Below are positions 30,988 through 39,970 of a DNA stretch of 64,000 nt, piece by piece. The stretch comes from an uncultured Verrucomicrobiota bacterium (lineage in GTDB: Bacteria; Verrucomicrobiota; Kiritimatiellia; Kiritimatiellales; Tichowtungiaceae), in assembly GCA_903831085.1 (NCBI GenBank), contig CAIKWE010000003.1, positions 23,468 to 87,467 on the forward strand. Reading direction: 5' to 3'. The notes under the pieces are model-generated. The model saw only the letters and a list, made by a program, of their open reading frames with translations. It was not told the origin of the DNA and did not search any database. Positions within the stretch are counted from its first letter, which is position 1, and the number at the start of each line of letters is the position of its first letter. The translations under genes and the position numbers were made by a program.

Positions 30988-31049
30988 GGTTGATTATACA
31001 GGGCGTAACCGGATATAAGAACGCCCGAAGGAAATAAGGTAAAATAGAA

Positions 31050-32036
31050 ATGATCATCGCACGCACCCCTTTTAGAATCAGTTTTTTCGGTGGCGGCACC
31101 GACTTCCCCGCTTTCTTCCAGCAGCACGGCGGCACGGTTCTTGGCAGTACCATCAACAAATACTGTTACATTTCCGTGCATCACCTGACTGCCTTCTCCA
31201 AACACCGTTTTCGTGCCAGCTACTCGCGCACCGAATCGGTTCTCAAGCCGGAAGAATTTCAGCATCCACTGATCCGCGAAACGCTCCTGTTGCTCAACCA
31301 GCAGGAAGGCGTTGAAATCTCGCATGTCGCTGACTTGCCCGGACAGACCGGACTCGGCTCTTCCTCGGCGTTCACTGTCGGACTGCTCAACGCGCTCTAC
31401 GCCTTCCGCGGACAACGCATCACCCCCGAAGAGCTGGCGCGGCAGGCGATCCACATTGAACGTGACCGCGTCGGCGATGCCGGTGGCTGGCAGGATCAGT
31501 ACGAAGCGGCCTACGGCGGGTTCCGCCGCATCAATTTCCGCAAAGGACAGCCGGTGCAGGTGCTGAGTATCGGCGTCACCGCCGACCGCCTGCAGGAACT
31601 CGAAAACAATCTGCTTCTTTTCTATATGGGCACCGAAAGCTCCGCCGAAAAAATCCTGCAGGATCAGAAAAAACGAGCCGGCGAAAATGAAAAAGCGTTG
31701 CTCACCATGATGCAAATGGTGGATCACGCCGAACGCATCCTCGCCGATGGCGGCCCGCTCGCTGGATTCGGCGACCTGCTCGACGAATCCTGGCGGCTCA
31801 AACGTTCCCTTGCCGATGGCGTCAGTAACCCGCAGATTGACCAGGCCTACGAGGCCGCTCGCGCCGCCGGAGCGCGCGGTGGCAAACTGCTCGGCGCAGG
31901 CGGACGCGGGTTCATCTGCCTTTACGTCGAACCGGAAAAACAGGCCGCCGTGCGTGAAATGCTCAAAGGTCTCAACGAGGTCCGTTTCGGTTTCAGCGCC
32001 GAAGGCAGCCGCATTATTTTCCAAGCATTGGAATAA
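31050..32036 (+). CDS. hddA: D-glycero-D-manno-heptose-7-phosphate kinase (GHMP)
   Basis: RTPFRISFFGGGTD, GLGSSS, GGWQDQY, GGKLLGAGGRG. Confidence 0.85.
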   Translation: MIIARTPFRISFFGGGTDFPAFFQQHGGTVLGSTINKYCYISVHHLTAFSKHRFRASYSRTESVLKPEEFQHPLIRETLLLLNQQEGVEISHVADLPGQTGLGSSSAFTVGLLNALYAFRGQRITPEELARQAIHIERDRVGDAGGWQDQYEAAYGGFRRINFRKGQPVQVLSIGVTADRLQELENNLLLFYMGTESSAEKILQDQKKRAGENEKALLTMMQMVDHAERILADGGPLAGFGDLLDESWRLKRSLADGVSNPQIDQAYEAARAAGARGGKLLGAGGRGFICLYVEPEKQAAVREMLKGLNEVRFGFSAEGSRIIFQALE

Positions 32037-32041
32037 CTTCT

Positions 32042-33136
32042 ATGAAATCAAATCGCGAAATCCCTTGGTTTATTCCTGTTCTCGATGACGCCGACAGCGA
32101 GGCTGTTCGGCAGACAGTCGTATCCGGCTTCGTCAATGAGGGCCCTGAAAACCGGGCCTTTGAGCGCGAGTTGCAGTCTTACTTTGACGTTCCGTACGCC
32201 GTCACCATGCCCAGCTGTACAACGTCCATTGCGCTGGCGCTCAAGGCGCTCGGTGTCGGTCACGGCGATACTGTGCTGGTACCAACGGTCACCTTTATCG
32301 GCACAGCCAGCGCTGTCCGCCTGACCGGTGCCGAGCCGATTCTTGTTGATGTTGATCCGGTGTCTTTCAACATGGATCCGGCCGATGCCGCCCGCCGTGT
32401 GCAAAAGAATACCAAGGCCATTGTGCCGGTACACCTGAACGGACGCCCTGCGGCATTACCGGCTTTGCGAAAAATCGCCCTGAAACATAATCTGGCCATT
32501 GTGGAAGATACCGCCGAGGGGCTGGCTTCAAAAAGCGGTGAAGGCTGGCTGGGCACCCTCTCGGATGCCGGCTGTTTTTCGCTCGCACCAACTAAAATCA
32601 TCACCAGCGGACAAGGCGGCTTTGTTCTGACCCGCCGCGAAGACGTTCGCGACAATCTGATCCGGCTCCGCGATCACGGACGGCTGTCGCGCAGCAGTGA
32701 TGTTCATCCCGTTACCGGATTTAATTTTAAGGTCACCGATATGCAGGCGGCGCTGGCCCGATCGCAATTTAAAAAACTGCCGGGCCGCATCGAACGCTCC
32801 CGCGAAATTGACCGGCGTTATCTGGATGGATTGAGCGACCTTCCGGAAATGATCTTCACGCCCCGTCCGGAGGACGGTGGATATTTGATGTGGCCGGATT
32901 TTAAGAGTAAACAGCGCGACGCACTGGTGGAGTCACTCAAGGCTCAAGGGATCACTCTTCGTCCCTTCTGGCCGGCGTTGCATAACCAGCCGGCCTACGC
33001 TTCATCGTCGGCATATCCCGGCGCAGACGAAGCAAGCCGCGAGGGTTGCTGGCTACCCTGTTCGCCGAACATTACGGATGAAGAACTCGACCGGGTCATT
33101 GACGCTATTCGTAAATTTTTCAAGGGAAATAAATAA
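32042..33136 (+). CDS. DegT/DnrJ/EryC1/StrS PLP-dependent sugar aminotransferase
   Basis: PVHLNG, IVEDTAE, FSLAPTKIITSGQGG (PLP lysine present), GFNFK. Confidence 0.9.
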   Translation: MKSNREIPWFIPVLDDADSEAVRQTVVSGFVNEGPENRAFERELQSYFDVPYAVTMPSCTTSIALALKALGVGHGDTVLVPTVTFIGTASAVRLTGAEPILVDVDPVSFNMDPADAARRVQKNTKAIVPVHLNGRPAALPALRKIALKHNLAIVEDTAEGLASKSGEGWLGTLSDAGCFSLAPTKIITSGQGGFVLTRREDVRDNLIRLRDHGRLSRSSDVHPVTGFNFKVTDMQAALARSQFKKLPGRIERSREIDRRYLDGLSDLPEMIFTPRPEDGGYLMWPDFKSKQRDALVESLKAQGITLRPFWPALHNQPAYASSSAYPGADEASREGCWLPCSPNITDEELDRVIDAIRKFFKGNK

Positions 33137-34380
33137 TGCCGGAATCTCTGCAACCCGCTCAGCGCCGCAAACGGATCGCCGTTTTTTCACGTTACCAACT
33201 GGCCGAGCAGTATGACCTGGCCGCCGAGTTCAAAGGGATGCTGACCGCTCTGGCAGAGAACAACGATGTGCTCCATCTGAGCTTTCGCAACACCCGCCTG
33301 CCTGCCGGAGGAGTCCCCGCCGGAGTGGAACTGGCGGAAATTCCTCTGACTGTTGACCGCCGTTGCGCCCGCGACATCACCGTCAAATCCATGCTGATGT
33401 TTCTCTACCTGCCGCTGGCCGCGTGGAAAATGCGCCGCTTCAAACCGGATGCCATTTTTGTTTCTGAAATTCTCCCGCTGTGCGGCCTGTTTTTTAAACT
33501 GTTCTGCAACACACATGTGGCCACCGCCTACGGCGACTGGCATGTTCATAATTTTCTGGGACGAAAAGTATGGAGCCGCCCGTTTGTCAAACTGGCGGAA
33601 GTACTGGAACGGCTTGAAATCCGCTGTCTGGACGGCTTCTTCTGCCGGGCCGACGCCGCAGGTAAAAGACTAATCACCTGCGGTGCCCGCGAAGAACAGA
33701 TTCGTGTCGTCAATGACGCTCCCGATCTGTCCGCCTTCTTTCCTCAGGATCAAAGTGACTTGCGCCATCGCAACGGTTTTTCCGATGAAGATGTGGTGCT
33801 GCTCTACCATGGAGTTATGCATCAAGGCAAAGGCCTCGACCGCCTGCTGGAATGGACGGCTGATCTATACCGCGAAGATCCCCGCATTGGCATCTTTCTG
33901 GTCGGTGCCGGTGCTGAATTGAAAGCGCTTCAGGAACAGGCCGTGCGACTCGGTCTCGGCTCGCGGGCCGTCTTTACCGGCTGGCTTAAAACTGTCCACG
34001 AAGTCGGGCAGTTCTGCAACGCCGCCGACATTTGCATCGCCATGCGCACCGGTGCCGAGTCAAATGTTCATATCATTCCCGGAGCCCTGCTCCATTCCAT
34101 GGCCTGCCGCAAAACAGTCATCGGCCCCGACCTGCCGGGAATCCTTGAAGTCATCCGCGACGGCGAAAACGGTTTTGTGTTCAAAGCCGACGACGGCAAT
34201 TCCTTCAAAGCACTGATCCGCAGGCTGGCCGCAGATCCGGTTCTGCGCAACCGGACGGCCGTGCAGGCTGAGCTGGATATTCTGGATCGATTCTCGGTTC
34301 CCGCCACCGCAAAGAAATATGCCGCAGCCATTGAACATTACGCGGCGCTGCCGCGAAAAAAAGAAAGGGCCAGATCATGA
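33136..34380 (+). CDS. GT4 family glycosyltransferase
   Basis: YHGVMHQGKG, D-x-CIA, EVIRDGENGF. Confidence 0.85.
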   Translation: MPESLQPAQRRKRIAVFSRYQLAEQYDLAAEFKGMLTALAENNDVLHLSFRNTRLPAGGVPAGVELAEIPLTVDRRCARDITVKSMLMFLYLPLAAWKMRRFKPDAIFVSEILPLCGLFFKLFCNTHVATAYGDWHVHNFLGRKVWSRPFVKLAEVLERLEIRCLDGFFCRADAAGKRLITCGAREEQIRVVNDAPDLSAFFPQDQSDLRHRNGFSDEDVVLLYHGVMHQGKGLDRLLEWTADLYREDPRIGIFLVGAGAELKALQEQAVRLGLGSRAVFTGWLKTVHEVGQFCNAADICIAMRTGAESNVHIIPGALLHSMACRKTVIGPDLPGILEVIRDGENGFVFKADDGNSFKALIRRLAADPVLRNRTAVQAELDILDRFSVPATAKKYAAAIEHYAALPRKKERARS

Positions 34381-34955
34381 CCGGCAACAACATATTCTTC
34401 GACCTCGCAGAGCTTAAAAGCCTTGGCCACGACAGCATCGTCGGACGCACCGTCCGTATCCGCAAACCGAAACTTTGCTCTGTCGGCCATCACACTATTC
34501 TGGACGACTTCACCTATGTCTCCTGCGGCATAACTGTCGGGGACTACACGCATATCGGTGCCAACGGCGTGTTGATCGGCGGCGAGGCACACATCACCAT
34601 CGGCCATTTTGTAAACATCGCCCCCGGTTGCCGCCTGATCGCCGCCTCCAACGACTTCAGCGGCGGCGGATTGGTCGGCCCGACCATCCCGCCCGAATTT
34701 GCGGCGCGTTCCATCATCAGCAAAATCACGCTGGAAGATCATGCTTTGCTGGGAACCAACACGGTCATTCTCCCCGGCGTCCATGTACCGGAAGGGGTTT
34801 CTACCGGAGCCATGACGTTGCTGACCGCCGATATGAAACTTGAGCCGTGGACGCTGTATGTCGGAAGCCCGGCGCGTCCGCTGCGCAAACGGGATTCATC
34901 ACAAATACTGGCAACCGCCGCCCGTCTGCGGGCCGCAGAAAAATCCAAAGGATAA
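34377..34955 (+). CDS. Hexapeptide-repeat acyltransferase
   Basis: Left-handed beta-helix repeats (SVGHHT, TVGDYT, TIGHFV), PWTLYVGSPAR. Confidence 0.8.
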   Translation: MTGNNIFFDLAELKSLGHDSIVGRTVRIRKPKLCSVGHHTILDDFTYVSCGITVGDYTHIGANGVLIGGEAHITIGHFVNIAPGCRLIAASNDFSGGGLVGPTIPPEFAARSIISKITLEDHALLGTNTVILPGVHVPEGVSTGAMTLLTADMKLEPWTLYVGSPARPLRKRDSSQILATAARLRAAEKSKG

Positions 34956-34960
34956 AAAAC

Positions 34961-35722
34961 ATGCAGCTACATCTGTTTCACTTCACTCCGCATGGGCTTG
35001 CCAGAGCTTACAGTCATCTCGTGGCTGGAAAAAAACTTTGCCGTGCGGCAGGACTTAAACTCAGACCCTTGATTCCCGATTCCGTAAACAGCATGACCGC
35101 CGCATGGAACGTGTACCAGACCTTCGAAAAGTCCGGACTGCCCCGTCCCAGAACCATCATCGATGTGGGGGCAAATGTCAGCCAGATGACCCGCCTGTTA
35201 CTTGGAACAGCACCTGACGCCAGGGTGCTGTCCTTTGAGCCGAATCAGAAACTTCTTCCGGCCGGAGAGGTCCACCGGGTTGCTCTTTCCGATACGGACG
35301 GAACAACGGATTTTTTCATCCCGCAGAATGATTCTGACTGGGGAACTATCGAATCAGGCAAGGTTAACATTACTTCGAATACAGCCCGGTATTCCGTCCC
35401 GACCCGACGCATGGAATCGCTGATTGAAAATGGCGAAATCGAATGGACGGGGGATGGGCAACCGATTTTTGTAAAAATTGATACTGAGGGCAGCGAAAAA
35501 AAGGTCATTGATGGATTTGGCAAATACCTTGGCGATGTCTCGTACCTGCTGGTCGAAGTGGAGAATCAGGAAGCACGGGGCCAAAACTACAATCTGATTT
35601 CGTTGTGTACCGCATTGGCTGAAAAAGGATTCGACTGCGCAAAAATAGTCTATTCCTGCTACGACGGTCCTGAAGCACCCGCATACAGCGACATTCTCTT
35701 CTGGCGAAGCAACAAATCCTAG
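34961..35722 (+). CDS. FkbM family methyltransferase
   Basis: Start reassigned to ATG 34961; IIDVGANV, SFEPN, VKIDTEGSE. Confidence 0.85.
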   Translation: MQLHLFHFTPHGLARAYSHLVAGKKLCRAAGLKLRPLIPDSVNSMTAAWNVYQTFEKSGLPRPRTIIDVGANVSQMTRLLLGTAPDARVLSFEPNQKLLPAGEVHRVALSDTDGTTDFFIPQNDSDWGTIESGKVNITSNTARYSVPTRRMESLIENGEIEWTGDGQPIFVKIDTEGSEKKVIDGFGKYLGDVSYLLVEVENQEARGQNYNLISLCTALAEKGFDCAKIVYSCYDGPEAPAYSDILFWRSNKS

Positions 35723-35738
35723 ACTTCAAGAAACAAAA

Positions 35739-36455
35739 ATGGGTAATGCTGAAACCAAATCGATGGCTGTCATTCTGCTCGGCGGAAAAGGAACCCGGAT
35801 TCAGTCGCTCTACGGCGACCGTCCGAAATGTCTGGTGCCTGTTGCCGGCAAACCGATTCTGCTCTGGCAGCTCGAATGGTTGCGGCGCGGCGGTATCAAA
35901 CGCGTCCACCTCGCCGCCGGCTACATGGCTGATGTTCTGCGCGACTGGCTCAAAACCGACGCACCAAAAGACATGGAGATCACCTTTTCCGTCGAACCCG
36001 AACCGCGCGGCACCGGCGGCGCGATTAAATTCGCCGTGCCGTGGATTCAGAGTGACCCCTTTTTCGTTTTGAACGGTGACAGCCTTACGCCCGGCCTCGA
36101 TTTCCACACCTTGGAAAAGGTGCACCGCAATTCTTCCGATGTCTGGATAACGCTCGGTGTCGCGCAGATCGAAAAGACCGGACGTTACGGAACCGTTGAG
36201 TTTGACGAGCAGAACCGCGTCACCGCGTTCCTCGAAAAATCCGAACGTGAACACGGCTGGATCAACACCGGCGTTTACTGCATCAGCCGCCGCGCACTGG
36301 AAGCGATTGCGCCGGATAAAAACATCTCGATTGAAACCGATGTTTTCCCGTCGCTGGCTTCCGCCGGCCGCCTCCGCGTCTTCCGCGCCGCGCCGCCCCT
36401 GCTCGACATGGGCACCCCCGACGGCCTTGCGGCGATGGAAAAATTTCTGAGCTGA
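35739..36455 (+). CDS. hddC: Heptose-1-phosphate guanylyltransferase-like nucleotidyltransferase
   Basis: LLGGKGTR..PK, EPEPRGTGGA, NGDS, INTGVY, DMGTPD; context with gmhA/gmhB/hddA. Confidence 0.75.
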   Translation: MGNAETKSMAVILLGGKGTRIQSLYGDRPKCLVPVAGKPILLWQLEWLRRGGIKRVHLAAGYMADVLRDWLKTDAPKDMEITFSVEPEPRGTGGAIKFAVPWIQSDPFFVLNGDSLTPGLDFHTLEKVHRNSSDVWITLGVAQIEKTGRYGTVEFDEQNRVTAFLEKSEREHGWINTGVYCISRRALEAIAPDKNISIETDVFPSLASAGRLRVFRAAPPLLDMGTPDGLAAMEKFLS

Positions 36456-36461
36456 CCGGCC

Positions 36462-37475
36462 CTATTTATTTTCGCTGAGGTCGCGATTCGGGCGGAAAAA
36501 TTCAAACCATTCGGCGAGGCCGTAGCTCAGGTGCATGATGGGAATCATAAAGAAGACCAGCAGGTCACGCGCCCGACGGGTCTGTACAGCCGTTTCCAGA
36601 GCAACCGCCGCCGCCATTAGCGCATAAAGCCCGAGATCCAGCTTGAGCAGAAAAGCGTAAAGGTTACAGACCAGCGCGGCAGGCACCAGCACAACGAGCG
36701 AGAAAACCCAGACCGCAGGAATCAGCGTGGTCCATTCGAAATCAGTGCCGGCGCGTTTCAGGCGAATGCGCGTGGCGCCGTAGCCCCACATCTGCCGGCA
36801 GAAGCGTTTCACCGACTGCCTCGGATAGTGATAAACCCATGCGGACGGAATGAAGAGCAGTTTATGTCCGAGCTGCTGGGTGCGCCATGCGGCAATCATC
36901 TCTTCGCCCGGATAAAATTCCGGCGGGAATCCGCCCATCTGTTGAAAGACGGTTTTGCGATAGGCGGCATTACAACCGATAATCCGACTCCAGGTTATTT
37001 CCCGTACAGCGGTGTTCCCAATCCGGTAACGCTCCGCCACATAACCGGCGGCACGCGAGGTCAGTGCCAGACCAGCCAGCCGTGCCGATAAATTAATATC
37101 CTCCGGCACAAGACTCGGGCCGCTGACCAGACCGACCGCAGGATTTTCAAATGCTTTTAAAATATGTTCCGGCCAGTCAGGAGCGATCACCACATCGTCG
37201 TCCAGAAACGCGACAATGTCCGCGCGACTTTCCTCCGCGCCGCGGTTTTTCTTACGGCTGGAGTCGCCGTCCGGATACGAAATGGCAATATGGCGCACGT
37301 TCGGATTGGCCGAAACGATCGCCGTAACTTTCCGCAGTACGTCGCTGTCGCGGATTTCGCCGACAACGATCACTTCCATCTGATCCGCGCCTTTCGTTGC
37401 CAGAACAGACTCCAATGTGCGCACCAGAATCGGGCGGCCCATGGTTGGAATAACGATAGAAAGATTCGGGTTCAT
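36462..37475 (-). CDS. GT2 glycosyltransferase with C-terminal TM helices
   Basis: Start reassigned to ATG 37475 (ATGA overlap with the upstream gene); FLDDDV, GCNAAYR, PGEE, VYHYPR. Confidence 0.85.
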   Translation of the reverse strand: MNPNLSIVIPTMGRPILVRTLESVLATKGADQMEVIVVGEIRDSDVLRKVTAIVSANPNVRHIAISYPDGDSSRKKNRGAEESRADIVAFLDDDVVIAPDWPEHILKAFENPAVGLVSGPSLVPEDINLSARLAGLALTSRAAGYVAERYRIGNTAVREITWSRIIGCNAAYRKTVFQQMGGFPPEFYPGEEMIAAWRTQQLGHKLLFIPSAWVYHYPRQSVKRFCRQMWGYGATRIRLKRAGTDFEWTTLIPAVWVFSLVVLVPAALVCNLYAFLLKLDLGLYALMAAAVALETAVQTRRARDLLVFFMIPIMHLSYGLAEWFEFFRPNRDLSENK

Positions 37476-39880
37476 ACGGTTTTCTTTTTCTTCGGCAGAA
37501 TAACGCAAACAACAGCGGCCGCACAAACCGCCATGCCGCCAAACTGGAGCCAGAGAGTTTGATGCGGAGCGGTGATTTTCAGTTCGACTTCGTGTGTACC
37601 GGCAGGAACATAGACCGCCTGGAAAAGATAATCGGCGCGCAGAACAACGCCAGGTTTCCCGTCTACTACCACCCGCCAGCCGGGATCGAATTTATCGGCG
37701 ATGCGCAACAGCGCGGCCTGCTCCGACTGTGTGCGCAACTGAACGTGTCCGGTTTTGTAACCAAGCACTTCCACCGTTCCGGTGATACCCTGCCCTGAGG
37801 ACGCAGGCACGTCGGCATCCGGCGCAAGCAGGACGCTTCCAAACATCGGAACTTTCGTATCGGCAAGTTCGGCCAGCGCCTGCTGGTCCGTCATTTTTTT
37901 CCATCCGGCGATCAGCGCAAAACGCGGCGCGGGCTGGCGGTCACGCAAAATGATGTGCTGGCCCCGCGGGGCGGCAGAAACGAGAATGTCTCCTTCAGGC
38001 GTGCCGCTGACGTTATAGGAAAAAACCGGCTCATACTCACCGGCGGGAAGCTGCGCAGCAACCTGTGCTGGGCCCATCAGATGAGTGACGCCCGCCAGCC
38101 GCCACATACGCAACGGATTTCTCCCGAACGCACTGAGAAACCGGCTGTACTCTTCGGGCATGCGCGGCATCTGGGTGATGTTGAAAGCACGAATGTCATG
38201 ATATGGAAAGAGGTAGGTAAGCCAGTTGTTATAAAAGCTCTCCTGAGTAATCAGTGCGACACGCTGCACGCCGAGCTGCTGTTTTAACAAGCGGGTAACG
38301 TCGTTTTCAGCAATTAAACTTTCGGGAAGCGGTTGAATATAGTGGCGCGACAGCAACGCGGCGTCACCAGCGACCAGAAGAACCGCGACAGCAGTAAGCG
38401 CAGGTTTCCAATGGTTGGAACCGGCGAGGCCGGATTTTAGTTTTTTTCCAATCATTGGAAACCCAGCGAATAGCGCGGTGGTCGCGGCGGCCATAGCCGC
38501 CGCATACCACAAGGCCTGAACCTGATTGGAGGCGATCACCTGAGCCATTTGCGCCGGCCAGCCCTGAGTCATGAGTCCGGACACGGCTTCGCCCCGGCCA
38601 AAGGAGGCGCTCAGCGCCCCCAGCAGAACAACTCCCGCAACGCCCGTAGCAACCCACAAAAATTTATTGCGCGGGTTCTTTTCTTCACGATTGAACAGTT
38701 CCTGCGCGCCGAATGCGGCGAGCACGGCGACGGCCAGCTGAAAGACCTGCAGAAATTTATTCGGATTGCGGATATTGTTGATGACGGGCAGATGGTAGAG
38801 CGCACCATAAAGCGGAAAATATTTCCCGAAGGCGAGCAGTAGCGTCACTCCGGCGGCGCAACCCCAGAACACCGTGTCGGCGCGCCCCTCGCGGCGGCTG
38901 ACACCGCGGACAACAGCGAAAAGCGCGAACATCAGCGGAAGGATGCCGAGATACGTGTTCTCCAGTTTAAAATTCATGAAGCCTTGCCGGGTGGATTCCC
39001 AGCCGGCGCTGCGGCCCATTCGTCCCCAGTACGGGCCGGCGGGCTCGCCACTGCGCCAGCCGGTGTAGCCTGGAGCGATAAAATCAATACTCTCTTCCGG
39101 CGGCCAGCTCCACTGGGTGGCGAACTCCCATTTGGCCTGCGGATTTTCCGCCGACTGCGAGGCGATTCCCTGCACGGCGCTGCGGTAGCCGCTGAGCAGT
39201 GAGTGTGAAGCGACCAGTAAGGCAACGACAAAAGCAGGCGCGGCGAATTTGAGCATGAATTTCAAAAAGGCTTTTTTGTCTTCGCGCCAGAGAGCGAAAA
39301 GCAGATATGGACCGAGCATCAGCGCCATGAAAAGCGCACTGTCCTGCTGTTCGGTGAACATCGCGCCGAGCGCACCGCCCGTCAGCACAGCCCACGGAAT
39401 CCGGCGGGTTTGCGCAGTCTTTTCGATGCAATAAAGCGCGGCGGAAGCAAAAAGAACCACGCCGAATTTTCCAATATGCCCGGCATAGGTGAGCGTGAAG
39501 TTGCTTCCGACCCAGAAGGCCGTCAGCGCGCCAAGCAGGCAGGCGGGCAGTCCGCAACGGCGAAGCCGCAGGAATCCGGCCAGCAGTAGCGAACTGAGAA
39601 TCAGGTCGATCGCATGCATCCAGTTGGTGAAGAAGCGTAACGGCTGGAACCAGAGGTTGAGGTTCGTCCAACTGAGATTCAAAGAATCAGGAAACCCGGC
39701 CAGCGCACTGTCATACCAGCCGCCAAAGAAAACAGACGGGATGCCGGAGGCGCGGGCGGCGAGGTGGCCGATGTTGTCGTCGGTGGTAAAGAGAACCCCG
39801 CCAGTCAGGCAGCAGCGGAAAATAATCAGAGCGAAGATCAAAAAGAACAGCGCGGCGGAAATTTGCGGATGTTTTTTCAT
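37472..39880 (-). CDS. YfhO-family (GT-C) membrane protein
   Basis: Start reassigned to ATG 39880; LFTTDD first loop, AGHIGK, RNPNKF, C-terminal GWRV.VDGK..ADYLFQAV.VPAG.HEV typical of YfhO. Confidence 0.8.
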   Translation of the reverse strand: MKKHPQISAALFFLIFALIIFRCCLTGGVLFTTDDNIGHLAARASGIPSVFFGGWYDSALAGFPDSLNLSWTNLNLWFQPLRFFTNWMHAIDLILSSLLLAGFLRLRRCGLPACLLGALTAFWVGSNFTLTYAGHIGKFGVVLFASAALYCIEKTAQTRRIPWAVLTGGALGAMFTEQQDSALFMALMLGPYLLFALWREDKKAFLKFMLKFAAPAFVVALLVASHSLLSGYRSAVQGIASQSAENPQAKWEFATQWSWPPEESIDFIAPGYTGWRSGEPAGPYWGRMGRSAGWESTRQGFMNFKLENTYLGILPLMFALFAVVRGVSRREGRADTVFWGCAAGVTLLLAFGKYFPLYGALYHLPVINNIRNPNKFLQVFQLAVAVLAAFGAQELFNREEKNPRNKFLWVATGVAGVVLLGALSASFGRGEAVSGLMTQGWPAQMAQVIASNQVQALWYAAAMAAATTALFAGFPMIGKKLKSGLAGSNHWKPALTAVAVLLVAGDAALLSRHYIQPLPESLIAENDVTRLLKQQLGVQRVALITQESFYNNWLTYLFPYHDIRAFNITQMPRMPEEYSRFLSAFGRNPLRMWRLAGVTHLMGPAQVAAQLPAGEYEPVFSYNVSGTPEGDILVSAAPRGQHIILRDRQPAPRFALIAGWKKMTDQQALAELADTKVPMFGSVLLAPDADVPASSGQGITGTVEVLGYKTGHVQLRTQSEQAALLRIADKFDPGWRVVVDGKPGVVLRADYLFQAVYVPAGTHEVELKITAPHQTLWLQFGGMAVCAAAVVCVILPKKKKTV

Positions 39881-39970
39881 GCTTTTTCCAATGAGGTGGT
39901 TCTGGATTAATTTAGAGGAAGAGAGTAAATCAGAGAACCAACTGGTAAGCATTAAAAAAGGAATGGATTC

